The notes beneath the pieces were generated by a model. The model did not search any database. It saw only the letters and a list, made by a program, of their open reading frames with translations, and was not told where the DNA came from. Below are positions 19,048 through 27,494 of a DNA stretch of 64,000 nucleotides, in pieces. This DNA comes from Nitrosopumilus sp. GTDB lineage: Archaea; Thermoproteota; Nitrososphaeria; Nitrososphaerales; Nitrosopumilaceae. The stretch lies in contig JAOTXZ010000005.1 of assembly GCA_029862085.1 (NCBI GenBank), forward strand, positions 3,751 through 67,750, read 5' to 3'. The stretch's first letter is position 1; each line of letters starts with the position of its first letter. The translations under genes and the position numbers were made by a program.

Positions 19048-20063
19048 GCACGTATCCTCTTCATTTTTGCATGTTCTCGTTTTCTATTATATCCTCCATC
19101 ATCATCTCTTATTTCATGACCTGTGTAAGAAATGAAAACATCATCAAGGGTAGGTTGTGTAAGTGAAATCGAATTTATTTTTATTTTCAAGTCTGAGGAT
19201 ATTTGAAATATTTTCGGAATGACTTCAGTTCCTTTTGATGCAAATAATGTAATTTTACCTTGATCATGGTTTATCTTTTTAACTAATTCTATTTTTTCCA
19301 GAGTAGAAAGAAATTCTTTTTCATTGTTTTGGTTTTCGATGGTTAAAGAAATTACTTCGTTTCCCAAGGCATTTTTCATGTTTTGAGGAGTGTCAATTAC
19401 CTGAATCTTCCCACCATCAATAATTCCAATTCTATCGCATAGTTGGTCAGCTTCTTCCATATAGTGAGTAGATACAAAAAGTGTCATCTCAAACTCTTTG
19501 TGGATTTTTTTAATATATTCCCAAATTTTCCTTCTAGTTTGGATATCAAGACCAACTGTAGGCTCATCTAAAAATAAGACTCTAGGTCTATGTAATAGAC
19601 CCCCCGCAATATCAAGTCGTTTTCGCATCCCACCAGAGTATGTGACTACAGCTTTGTGTTGCTTGTCAGATAATTCAATTAAATCTAGAACCTCATCTAT
19701 TCTTTCATTAATCAGTTCCTTTGGAATATGATGTAGTCTTGCTTGCAGGTAAAGGTTCTCTCGTCCCGAAAGATATTCATCCACTGTACTTTCTTGTTGA
19801 ACAAATCCTATTTCTTCTCGAACTTTTTTTGGATGAGTCATTACATCAAAACCAGAAACTAGGGCTTTGCCAGATGAAGGCTTAAGCAGAGTTGTTAGAA
19901 TCATCATGGTTGTGCTTTTTCCGGCACCGTTTGGTCCCAAAAACCCAAAGATTTCACCATTCTCAACATTAAAGGAAATTCCATCTACAGCCTTAAGATC
20001 ACCAAACGATTTGGTAAGAGATTTTGTTTCGATGGAATACAACACTTTGATCGTTAATTTCAA
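19044..20063 (-). CDS. ABC transporter ATP-binding protein (DrrA-like exporter class)
   Basis: Walker A GPNGAGKST, signature YSGGMRKRL, Walker B LFLDEPT. Confidence 0.93.
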   Translation of the reverse strand: MKLTIKVLYSIETKSLTKSFGDLKAVDGISFNVENGEIFGFLGPNGAGKSTTMMILTTLLKPSSGKALVSGFDVMTHPKKVREEIGFVQQESTVDEYLSGRENLYLQARLHHIPKELINERIDEVLDLIELSDKQHKAVVTYSGGMRKRLDIAGGLLHRPRVLFLDEPTVGLDIQTRRKIWEYIKKIHKEFEMTLFVSTHYMEEADQLCDRIGIIDGGKIQVIDTPQNMKNALGNEVISLTIENQNNEKEFLSTLEKIELVKKINHDQGKITLFASKGTEVIPKIFQISSDLKIKINSISLTQPTLDDVFISYTGHEIRDDDGGYNRKREHAKMKRIRA

Positions 20064-20135
20064 TTATAAATTGCTAAGTGTTGCCTATCTACGATCCTCA
20101 TAAACAATTTAAAGGACTACAAAATTATTTTTCGC

Positions 20136-20234
20136 ATGAAAGGTCTTTGTCAGGTATGTCATTCCTCTAATGTTGATGTAACAGTAGAATCTGGAGTTCC
20201 AAAATGTTCTGAATGCAAAAAAAATAATATTTAA
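20136..20234 (+). CDS. possible 32-aa zinc-ribbon mini-protein
   Basis: Hand-translated as MKGLCQVCHSSNVDVTVESGVPKCSECKKNNI. Below the ORF-track cutoff. CxxC...CxxC. Confidence 0.3.
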   Translation: MKGLCQVCHSSNVDVTVESGVPKCSECKKNNI

Positions 20235-20406
20235 TTTTTTTATTTTTGTTTGTTTAATTTTTCAAAAAAATATAGATTGTTTTATTTAGAAACATTCCAG
20301 TATTTGAATTTCTTTCGGCTAGGCATGGTGTTAAAAACTCATATTACAGTTGAACAAGTTTAATAGGAATTTTACTCATGACAACTTTGGCGATAGAGAG
20401 GATCCA

Positions 20407-22584
20407 ATGTATAGTGTAAGAAAAACGATACCCATAATTTTTGGAATTTTGATTCTGACTAGTTTATCAGGATTTCAGTTTGCACCAGTAATTGTTCAAA
20501 CAGCAGAGGCAGAACCATCTAAAAGGATTGTAGGATACTTTCCACATTGGGAATCTGGAGACTTGGATTCAATAGATTATTTGCAAGTAACTGATATTAT
20601 CTATTTTCACATATGGCCAAATACAGATGGAACCCTTGATACAAGTGCAGTTAACCTAACCGACCTTCAGACCATTAGGAATAACATACATGCCGTAGGA
20701 GGAAACGTGTTGATTGCAGTTGGGGGTTGGGGAGTATCTGATGGATTTCCTGCCATGGTAGCTGATCCTATCGCTAGAGCAAATTTTGTCTCAAATATTT
20801 CAAATTATATTTCTACAAATAATCTAGATGGAGTTGACATTGATTGGGAAACACAAATTGATTCGACCAAAATAGACAATCAAGATATTTTGTTATCAGA
20901 CCTAGCAGAAACATTACATCCTTTGGGAAAATTGGTTACCGTTGCTGCAAACGCTGAAGTAATTGAGCTAAAGGGATCTGCAGATAATTCTGTGAATTGG
21001 GTAAACTTGATGGCATATGATATGAATTGGGGTAACGCTGAGCATTCTACATTTGCCGATTCAATAGAGGCTCTTCAGAGATATGAAAATGAAGGAATAT
21101 CAAAAGAGAAACTTTCTCTGGGAATTCCATTTTATGGAAGAGACGATAACACCAATGCGATAAAGTATCAAGATGTGATTTCATCCTGCAACCCTTTACC
21201 ATCAGAAAATTATTGTAACGGATATTTTTTCAATGGAATTGATTTGGTCCAACAAAAAACTCAGTATGTTGTAGATAATGGCTATGATGGAATTATGATT
21301 TGGAATCTTGGTCAGGATACTTACGATTCCACTTCACTTCTTAACGCAATAAACGATGTATTAGATACACCTCCAGTTTCCCAAGTTATTGCAGTAAACG
21401 ATTCTTATTCGACAGATGAAAACATTACTCTAAACGTTGTAGCCAATGGAATACTTGGAAATGATTTAGATTCAGAGGGAGATCCAATAACTGCAATACT
21501 TGAGAACACTGTTGTTAATGGGTCTCTGACACTTTACCCTGATGGCAGTTTCACATATACTCCTAATACAGACTTTAACGGAGTAGACTCTTTTACTTAT
21601 CATGCTACTGATGGAACAATAAACAGCAATACTGCTACAGTTACAATTACAGTTAATCCAATAATTGATGTTTATGTTGAGGAATTTGTTGTTAATACCA
21701 GTGGAAACAAACGCTGGACTGGATATGTAACCACTGTAGTTTACAGTGGTGGGTCTCCAGTTGAAGATGCCAATGTATTAGGATCTTGGTCTGGTGGTGC
21801 AAGTGGAACTGCTAGTTGCACTACAAATGTAAATGGACAATGTCAAGTGCTAAAGGCTACTAAAAATGATATTCTAACATTTACCGTTGATGACATTACT
21901 GGAAACGAAATAGGTTATGCCCCAATTGTATCTGATTCAATTACTTTTGATAAAAATGGAAATACTCCTGGGGCAAATTCACCACCTGAGGCTGGTAATG
22001 ATTCTGCAAATGTTCTGAAAGGATCCTCAGTAACCATAAATGTTGTATCCAATGACAGCGATGATGGAATATTAGATTTATCGACAATTTCAATTACCCA
22101 AGTTCCATCTAATGATATTTCATTAGTTGATAATGGTGATGGAACTCTTACATATACACATGATGGTACAGATTCTGTTTCTGACTCTTTCAAGTATACC
22201 ATAAACGATAATGAAGGTGCAACAAGTAACGAAGCTACCGTATCAATTTCCATTAATGAGCCCCCTCAAGACACTCTAGTTCATTTAAGCGACATTGAAG
22301 GAGCTTTAACTACCAAGGGCCCCTGGAATACATTTACTATAACAATTAAAGTTCATAATGCCACTCATTCAGCGCAAAGTGAAGTGATAGTGTCTGGAGC
22401 ATGGTTGGGAATTTCCGGTACCAATAGTTGCACTACCGATTCATATGGATCTTGCTCTGTATCTGCTCGTGACAAAAATATCGGAGATGTATCCTTTATA
22501 GTAACAGGCATGTCAGGGTCAGGTGTAGAATATAATTCTGCAAGTAATGACGTCGATCCTGAAATTTTAGTAACAGCACCTTAG
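20407..22584 (+). CDS. secreted GH18 chitinase-like glycoside hydrolase with two cadherin-like repeat modules
   Basis: The ATG at 20407 gives a signal peptide (tracked ORF starts at TTG 20350). GH18 motifs AVGGWG, DGVDIDWE, MAYD, GIMIWNLGQD. Two ~95-aa NDxxD-rich Ig/cadherin-like repeats follow, each with a Cys-pair beta module. Confidence 0.85.
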   Translation: MYSVRKTIPIIFGILILTSLSGFQFAPVIVQTAEAEPSKRIVGYFPHWESGDLDSIDYLQVTDIIYFHIWPNTDGTLDTSAVNLTDLQTIRNNIHAVGGNVLIAVGGWGVSDGFPAMVADPIARANFVSNISNYISTNNLDGVDIDWETQIDSTKIDNQDILLSDLAETLHPLGKLVTVAANAEVIELKGSADNSVNWVNLMAYDMNWGNAEHSTFADSIEALQRYENEGISKEKLSLGIPFYGRDDNTNAIKYQDVISSCNPLPSENYCNGYFFNGIDLVQQKTQYVVDNGYDGIMIWNLGQDTYDSTSLLNAINDVLDTPPVSQVIAVNDSYSTDENITLNVVANGILGNDLDSEGDPITAILENTVVNGSLTLYPDGSFTYTPNTDFNGVDSFTYHATDGTINSNTATVTITVNPIIDVYVEEFVVNTSGNKRWTGYVTTVVYSGGSPVEDANVLGSWSGGASGTASCTTNVNGQCQVLKATKNDILTFTVDDITGNEIGYAPIVSDSITFDKNGNTPGANSPPEAGNDSANVLKGSSVTINVVSNDSDDGILDLSTISITQVPSNDISLVDNGDGTLTYTHDGTDSVSDSFKYTINDNEGATSNEATVSISINEPPQDTLVHLSDIEGALTTKGPWNTFTITIKVHNATHSAQSEVIVSGAWLGISGTNSCTTDSYGSCSVSARDKNIGDVSFIVTGMSGSGVEYNSASNDVDPEILVTAP

Positions 22585-22689
22585 GAAAATCGAACATCTC
22601 GAATAAATGATAATTGACATTTTTTCTTGCTGATAAATCGACCATCGATTTTAAATAGAAATTTTACAAGAACCATCTACCTAGCACAA

Positions 22690-22728
22690 CATGGTATTGG
22701 ATTTGTAGGAAATACATCCAATACCATG
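22690..22728 (+). other. 12-bp perfect-stem hairpin downstream of GH18 gene (possible 3' end/stability element)
   Basis: CATGGTATTGGA ... TCCAATACCATG with a 15-nt loop that can pair further (TGTA/TACA). Confidence 0.3.
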
Positions 22729-23073
22729 ATTTTATCTTAATTTAATTAACAAACACGATCGCACTGATAATTTCTACGTGCTCTTTATATGTATCAAATA
22801 AGACAAAAATTAAGGAATCAAGCCCTCTGACTATTGCCCGATATTAGATTAGGTTTGATCTCCTTTTTCTATTATCAAGACAGTATTTTTTGAATACTTG
22901 CTAGATTGAAAATTTTTGAACCCATTTGGTAAAAAACAATTATACCAAAAATTCTTATCGTAAAATAATTGTAAAATTTTTACATGGAACAAGAGAGCCA
23001 AAATAACGAAGAAGAAGAACGACCTGAATGGGCATGGCTAATGAAAAGAATGACTAAAGAAACATAAAAAAAA

Positions 23074-23523
23074 TTATTCTAATTTCTTAAACTGATCTTT
23101 TGTAATTCCAAGTATTACCTTTTCTCCTACTCCCCAGATTTCTGACTTTGAAAGGATCTTAGAATGTCTAAGGCCATCGGCGATCTCAATGGATTCTAAC
23201 TCATTGGTATCAGGTTTGCGGTGAAGACGTTTTATCTTACCAATTTTCCGTCTATCCGTGTCAATTACCTGGCTACCTATCCTTATTGGAGGCCTGCTCA
23301 AAAGTAATGTTTTTTCAGTAAACTTGTCGATATAGTCCTCTGAAAGAAAGTAATCCTTACGAAATCCCTGGTGGATTGTAACTCCACACACACTGAGGGT
23401 GTTTTGATTGATTTGTATATGTTTGACTTTTCCATACTCTATTCCTTCCCTATCAATGACTTTTTTTCCTGTAAAGTCATCGGCTGCGACCATATGGGTC
23501 GGAGATTCTAATTTTACTGACAT
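23074..23523 (-). CDS. PRC-barrel domain protein
   Basis: Two segments resembling PRC barrels (GKKVIDREGIEYGKVKHIQIN..., VIDTDRRKIGKIKRLH...). Confidence 0.55.
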   Translation of the reverse strand: MSVKLESPTHMVAADDFTGKKVIDREGIEYGKVKHIQINQNTLSVCGVTIHQGFRKDYFLSEDYIDKFTEKTLLLSRPPIRIGSQVIDTDRRKIGKIKRLHRKPDTNELESIEIADGLRHSKILSKSEIWGVGEKVILGITKDQFKKLE

Positions 23524-23610
23524 GTCTTAAGGTTTTGAGATTTGTTTATCACACCAGATATCAGAATTTTCTATCAATGAGGTTAAATTACTTGACAGAA
23601 TTACTCGAGC

Positions 23611-23937
23611 ATGTCTATCAACGAGAATGTATTTCGAGCCACCCTAATAACAAAAGGTCGAGTTTCAGAGCAACCTCATTCGGTAATCCTTCGTGGTGTG
23701 AAATATCAGAATAAAATTTACTTTTCAAGACATAGATCTGATTCAGATTGGTTCAAAAATGCGATAAAAAATCACGAAGTGATAATAAAATATCAAGAAT
23801 TTTCGTTTACGGGTATTGCAAAAAAGGTAAAAGATGAGAAACTAAATCAAAAAATATCTCAGTTGAAATATCCTGGCGAAAAAAGGGCAAATGAAAAAAG
23901 AGTTGCAATAGAGATTATACTATATGAACAATCGTAG
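23611..23937 (+). CDS. hypothetical protein, possibly split-barrel deazaflavin-dependent nitroreductase-like (DUF385)
   Basis: Weak pattern match only (LITKGRVSEQPHSV..., SDWFKNAIKNHEV). Confidence 0.35.
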   Translation: MSINENVFRATLITKGRVSEQPHSVILRGVKYQNKIYFSRHRSDSDWFKNAIKNHEVIIKYQEFSFTGIAKKVKDEKLNQKISQLKYPGEKRANEKRVAIEIILYEQS

Positions 23938-24580
23938 TTAATCCTCTTCGGTCAATCTCAACGTCATTTTCAATTTCACTTACAGTTACTGTAAAGGAGA
24001 TGACATCTCGTTGTTTGGCATTTTCTGCATGAAGTTTCAGATTTATATCCATTAATTCAAATTCCTGACCAGGTAAATCCATCTCATCCAAATATGCCTC
24101 ACAGGTAGATTCTATTCGAAATCTATCATTTTTAAAGTGAAATCCAAGTTTGGTATTTCTTCCCTTTCGGCCAGATGCCTTTACATTGACATCAATAATT
24201 CCAGGTTTTGCCTTTGTGTAACTTGATGTTCCATTTACAAAAACACCAATTTGAAATGGTTTTCCCGCAGTTGATTCGGCCATTTTTTGAATTCCATCAT
24301 TCATTACCACATCTATTGCCTTTATTGTCTGGGGGACTTTTGCAATCCATTCGTTTGTTCTTTTTATCGTGGTGTTGATTCCTGCACGTCTCCTCTTGTC
24401 TTCATCTTCAGGAAGTTGGTAATAGTCTACCCAGGCAAAATAATCATTAGCAATATCTTTTATAAAATCAATACAAGTAACTTTGTAATCATTTACGTTG
24501 GTAGTTCGGAGAGAGGCATCATCAGTTCTCATTCCATCATAATCCATGGGTAAGGCCAATATTGACTCTAAATCAACCAT
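23915..24580 (-). CDS. hypothetical protein (ORFan)
   Basis: 221-aa ORF. No motif recognised. Confidence 0.5.
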   Translation of the reverse strand: MVDLESILALPMDYDGMRTDDASLRTTNVNDYKVTCIDFIKDIANDYFAWVDYYQLPEDEDKRRRAGINTTIKRTNEWIAKVPQTIKAIDVVMNDGIQKMAESTAGKPFQIGVFVNGTSSYTKAKPGIIDVNVKASGRKGRNTKLGFHFKNDRFRIESTCEAYLDEMDLPGQEFELMDINLKLHAENAKQRDVISFTVTVSEIENDVEIDRRGLTTIVHIV

Positions 24581-24640
24581 CTAAAAAAACCAATCCTGTG
24601 AAAGATTAATGAATATAACAGGATATGAATTGGGAAAATT

Positions 24641-25123
24641 ATGATATTTTCAGATATAGTGTTAGATCTCCAGCAACAATTGAAAAAGGATTTAGCACAA
24701 ATTCGTTTTTTGATAAAGAAAAATCCAGCCATAGGGTATTCCAGAATGGTCAAAATTGGAAAGGAAGTAGGTAATAAATACAATATTAATTTGGTCGTTA
24801 ATTTTCCAAAGGAGGGAAGAATAGAAGAGCATGAAATGTATGGAAAACGAGATCTCAGTCTAATAATAGACCATGAAAAGAAAAAATTTCCAATTGATAG
24901 AAATATAATTAAAGAAAAGGCAAAGGAGATTTTAGAAGATATTCAAATTGAAGATGCCTACATGTATGAGGATAAGGAAGGAGTAAGAGTATTTACAAAG
25001 GATTGGAAAATAGACATCCTTCCGCATTCTGTTCACATTTGGACCGAATTTGATGAAAAGGTCACAAAATTTTGTGATTGGTTACTTGAAAATGTCTATG
25101 AAATGAAAAGTAAGGAGAATTAA
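24641..25123 (+). CDS. hypothetical protein (ORFan)
   Basis: 160-aa ORF, divergent from 23915..24580. Confidence 0.5.
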   Translation: MIFSDIVLDLQQQLKKDLAQIRFLIKKNPAIGYSRMVKIGKEVGNKYNINLVVNFPKEGRIEEHEMYGKRDLSLIIDHEKKKFPIDRNIIKEKAKEILEDIQIEDAYMYEDKEGVRVFTKDWKIDILPHSVHIWTEFDEKVTKFCDWLLENVYEMKSKEN

Positions 25124-25129
25124 TTGAAA

Positions 25130-25498
25130 TTAGATATTTTTTAGTTTTTCTAACAGTCCGTGAGCTTCATAATTATCTGGCTCTATCTGAATAATCCTTT
25201 TACAGCATTCTATTGCTTCATCTTTTTGTTCTAGGAATAAATGGGCATTTGTTTTGATTATCAAGGTTTCAACATCATCATTTTTTAAGGCTAAAGATTT
25301 TTCAAAAAGTGGAAGTGCCTTTTTTGCATCATCCAGAATAAAGTAAATACCACCAACAATAAACCAAAAATTATGATCATTTTCATATTTTGATTCTATA
25401 CTTTTTGCATATTCAATTGCCTCCATGTATTCTCCTTTATTGATTAATTTTTGAAGATGACGTTTTGGATAAATAACAAAGCCAACCATTTGGATCAA
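25130..25498 (-). CDS. TPR-repeat protein
   Basis: Three TPR-like helix pairs (A..Y..A....P.N pattern). Confidence 0.65.
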   Translation of the reverse strand: MIQMVGFVIYPKRHLQKLINKGEYMEAIEYAKSIESKYENDHNFWFIVGGIYFILDDAKKALPLFEKSLALKNDDVETLIIKTNAHLFLEQKDEAIECCKRIIQIEPDNYEAHGLLEKLKNI

Positions 25499-25560
25499 CT
25501 ATTCTTCAAAAACACCCAATTTAATTAATTTGAATTTGTATGAAAAGAAATATTTTCAGA

Positions 25561-27015
25561 TTAGGAAGTAATTTTCATTATTCCTTCTTTTATTAGAAAT
25601 TGAATTCCTTGAACAAAAGAGTTATCATCAATGTCTCCATTTGCCCACCAACCTGCATTATTCTTTATCCATTCAGGAATTTCATTTCCGCCAGAACTAG
25701 GTCCTTGAGTTGTGGGAGGAATCTTCATTATTCCTTCTTTTATTAGAAATTGAATTCCTTGAACAAAGGAGTTATCATCAATATCTCCATTTGCCCACCA
25801 ACCTGCATTATTCTTTATCCATTCAGGAATTTCAGCGGGAGGGGGATCTGTGCTTCCTTTACCTGGGAAAATAGGGACTTCAAATTCCAAGTAATCACTT
25901 GTAGAGGATGGAACAATTCCTTCTGGCGCTAAACCATAAACCAAAACTGCATAACGAGCAGTTCCTGGTTCTTCTTGCACAATAATGTCAATGAGGGATT
26001 GGCCACCAGGTGAAAAGAGAAAAGATCTTCCTTCCTCTTGGGCAATTGATCTTATGGGTGTACCGTTTTCATCAACTGCCAAAAAATCATATTGAACTTG
26101 ATTTAAAAATTCTGTATCATCAAATTTGCTTATGAATTTTATTAGAAATTGTATTTCACATCCTTGAACAGGATCTTCAGGTCCATAGAACAGATGGATT
26201 TGATATTGAAAATTATTGGTCGGTTTTTTTATCGATGTTGATTTTTCAAAATTTGTTTGGCAACCAAGAGATTCGAATATTTGCTCAGTTTCAATAACGT
26301 CTTTGAAAGGATCTTCCTGTACATTTTCTTCATATTTTAGCAGCCTGAAATTGTATTCTGGTGGAGGGATGCCTTCAGACACATGAGTAAGTGTTGCAGC
26401 TTTTATGGGAAATGGAAAGTCATCTACAACCCAAACATGGCTAGTATAACCACCTGTTTTCCAAGAAATCCTAACAGTTTCAAAAGTCCCTGCAGGGACG
26501 GTTACTTCTTCAATAAGAGTTGGACGAACTTGTTCTCCACCAATGTTTCCAATTTTTCCCCAAGAGCTAGCCGAAAATGCTTTTGGTGTTTTTCCGCCAT
26601 CTTCATAGCCTGTGGCAAATGCAGAAAGCCAAACAATTGATGATTTGAACGCACCTCTGTATAACCCTAAATCTTCACTTCCACCTGTTGGTTCTGGAGC
26701 TAGTTTACCTAACTCCATTTCTCCTTTGATTATTTTATTTCCATCATAAACAACAACTTCTGCAAGCCATTTGTCTTCACTTCCAACTTGCTTGCTTCCT
26801 TTAATCCAAATATCCATTTCAAATTCTACACATTCCTTGTAATCAATATGGCACATCGAATAGGAAAATAGATCTCCCTGTTTGAGTCCTTCACCCGCAA
26901 ACCATATGCCATCATGATCTACACCACCTGATTCAAATTGTGCAAAAGCAGATGGAGCGAAAAATGACCCTATTGCTAAACTCAAAATAATTGGTAAAAC
27001 TACAGATATCTTCAA
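25561..27015 (-). CDS. secreted protein with duplicated C-terminal WWANG module
   Basis: Signal peptide ending ..SAFAQ. C-terminus carries two identical 38-aa units EIPEWIKNNAGWWANGDIDDNSFVQGIQFLIKEGIMKI. Confidence 0.8.
   Translation of the reverse strand: MKISVVLPIILSLAIGSFFAPSAFAQFESGGVDHDGIWFAGEGLKQGDLFSYSMCHIDYKECVEFEMDIWIKGSKQVGSEDKWLAEVVVYDGNKIIKGEMELGKLAPEPTGGSEDLGLYRGAFKSSIVWLSAFATGYEDGGKTPKAFSASSWGKIGNIGGEQVRPTLIEEVTVPAGTFETVRISWKTGGYTSHVWVVDDFPFPIKAATLTHVSEGIPPPEYNFRLLKYEENVQEDPFKDVIETEQIFESLGCQTNFEKSTSIKKPTNNFQYQIHLFYGPEDPVQGCEIQFLIKFISKFDDTEFLNQVQYDFLAVDENGTPIRSIAQEEGRSFLFSPGGQSLIDIIVQEEPGTARYAVLVYGLAPEGIVPSSTSDYLEFEVPIFPGKGSTDPPPAEIPEWIKNNAGWWANGDIDDNSFVQGIQFLIKEGIMKIPPTTQGPSSGGNEIPEWIKNNAGWWANGDIDDNSFVQGIQFLIKEGIMKITS
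25574..25834 (-). repeat. in-frame tandem duplication, period 150 bp
   Basis: 25574..25684 and 25724..25834 differ at only 2 of 111 nt (25618/25768 and 25633/25783). Both changes are synonymous. Confidence 0.95.
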
Positions 27016-27299
27016 CTTAGAGACAAATTCATGTCTCAGATAGTTAAAGTTTATTCAAATAAGCAAATATAGAGGAACCTTCACTAAAACTTCAGAAATG
27101 TGTGAATGCTCAAAAGTTCATCTGTTTGAGGTGGAGTTTAAGCTAGACGGAATGGCAGTCGTTCCCACACACAAAAATTGTGGTTTTGCCTTGGGAGAGA
27201 AACAAGCCGATAAATTTCAGCAAGAACTTGTAAAATCTTGGGGTCTTCAGGAAGAAGAGTAGGCTAAAAATAAAAAATAAAATTGAAAGATACTGCTGA

Positions 27300-27443
27300 T
27301 CACATTTGTCCAACAGCTTCTTTACAAACGTCAGTAGAACATTTGCAATCTGCGCTACATATGCAATGACCCTGCATTGCACAATCACATGAATAATCAG
27401 GATCGCCGCTTTCTGCTTCGCATCCACATGCTTGATCTGTCAT
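27300..27443 (-). CDS. 47-aa cysteine-rich small protein (metallothionein-like)
   Basis: Hand-translated as MTDQACGCEAESGDPDYSCDCAMQGHCICSADCKCSTDVCKEAVGQM. 9 Cys in four CxC pairs plus one, and one His. TTTTAAAA box about 25-32 nt upstream of the ATG. Not in the ORF track. Confidence 0.5.
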   Translation of the reverse strand: MTDQACGCEAESGDPDYSCDCAMQGHCICSADCKCSTDVCKEAVGQM

Positions 27444-27494
27444 AACTAGACAGAGAAGTCACTCATTTTAAAACTTTAGTCCACGCCCAAAGAA

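Noticed and set aside
20350-20406. TTG start of the GH18 ORF as tracked
   Set aside because: The ATG at 20407 is immediately followed by a typical signal peptide. The 19 upstream codons are polar and unlikely to be translated.
22984-23067. 27-aa acidic ORF MEQESQNNEEEERPEWAWLMKRMTKET
   Set aside because: It is very short, has no motif and no supporting signal. It cannot be distinguished from chance.
25574-25834. Regularly spaced near-identical repeats considered as a CRISPR or minisatellite
   Set aside because: There are only two copies. They are in frame inside a long ORF and encode identical peptide units with a coding linker, so this is a protein-domain duplication rather than a CRISPR array.
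27098-27262. Possible 54-aa ORF MCECSKVHLFEVEFKLDGMAVVPTHKNCGFALGEKQADKFQQELVKSWGLQEEE on the plus strand
   Set aside because: It looks protein-like, but I have no motif, promoter or conservation evidence. It is too weak to list as a feature and is worth a conservation check only.
27143-27427. Tracked 94-aa ORF on the minus strand
   Set aside because: The translation is low-complexity and hydrophobic (many F, L, I, K) with no motif. It overlaps, out of frame, the much more protein-like Cys-rich ORF (27300..27443), and on the opposite strand a possible 54-aa ORF (27098..27262). It is most likely a chance ORF in AT-rich DNA.
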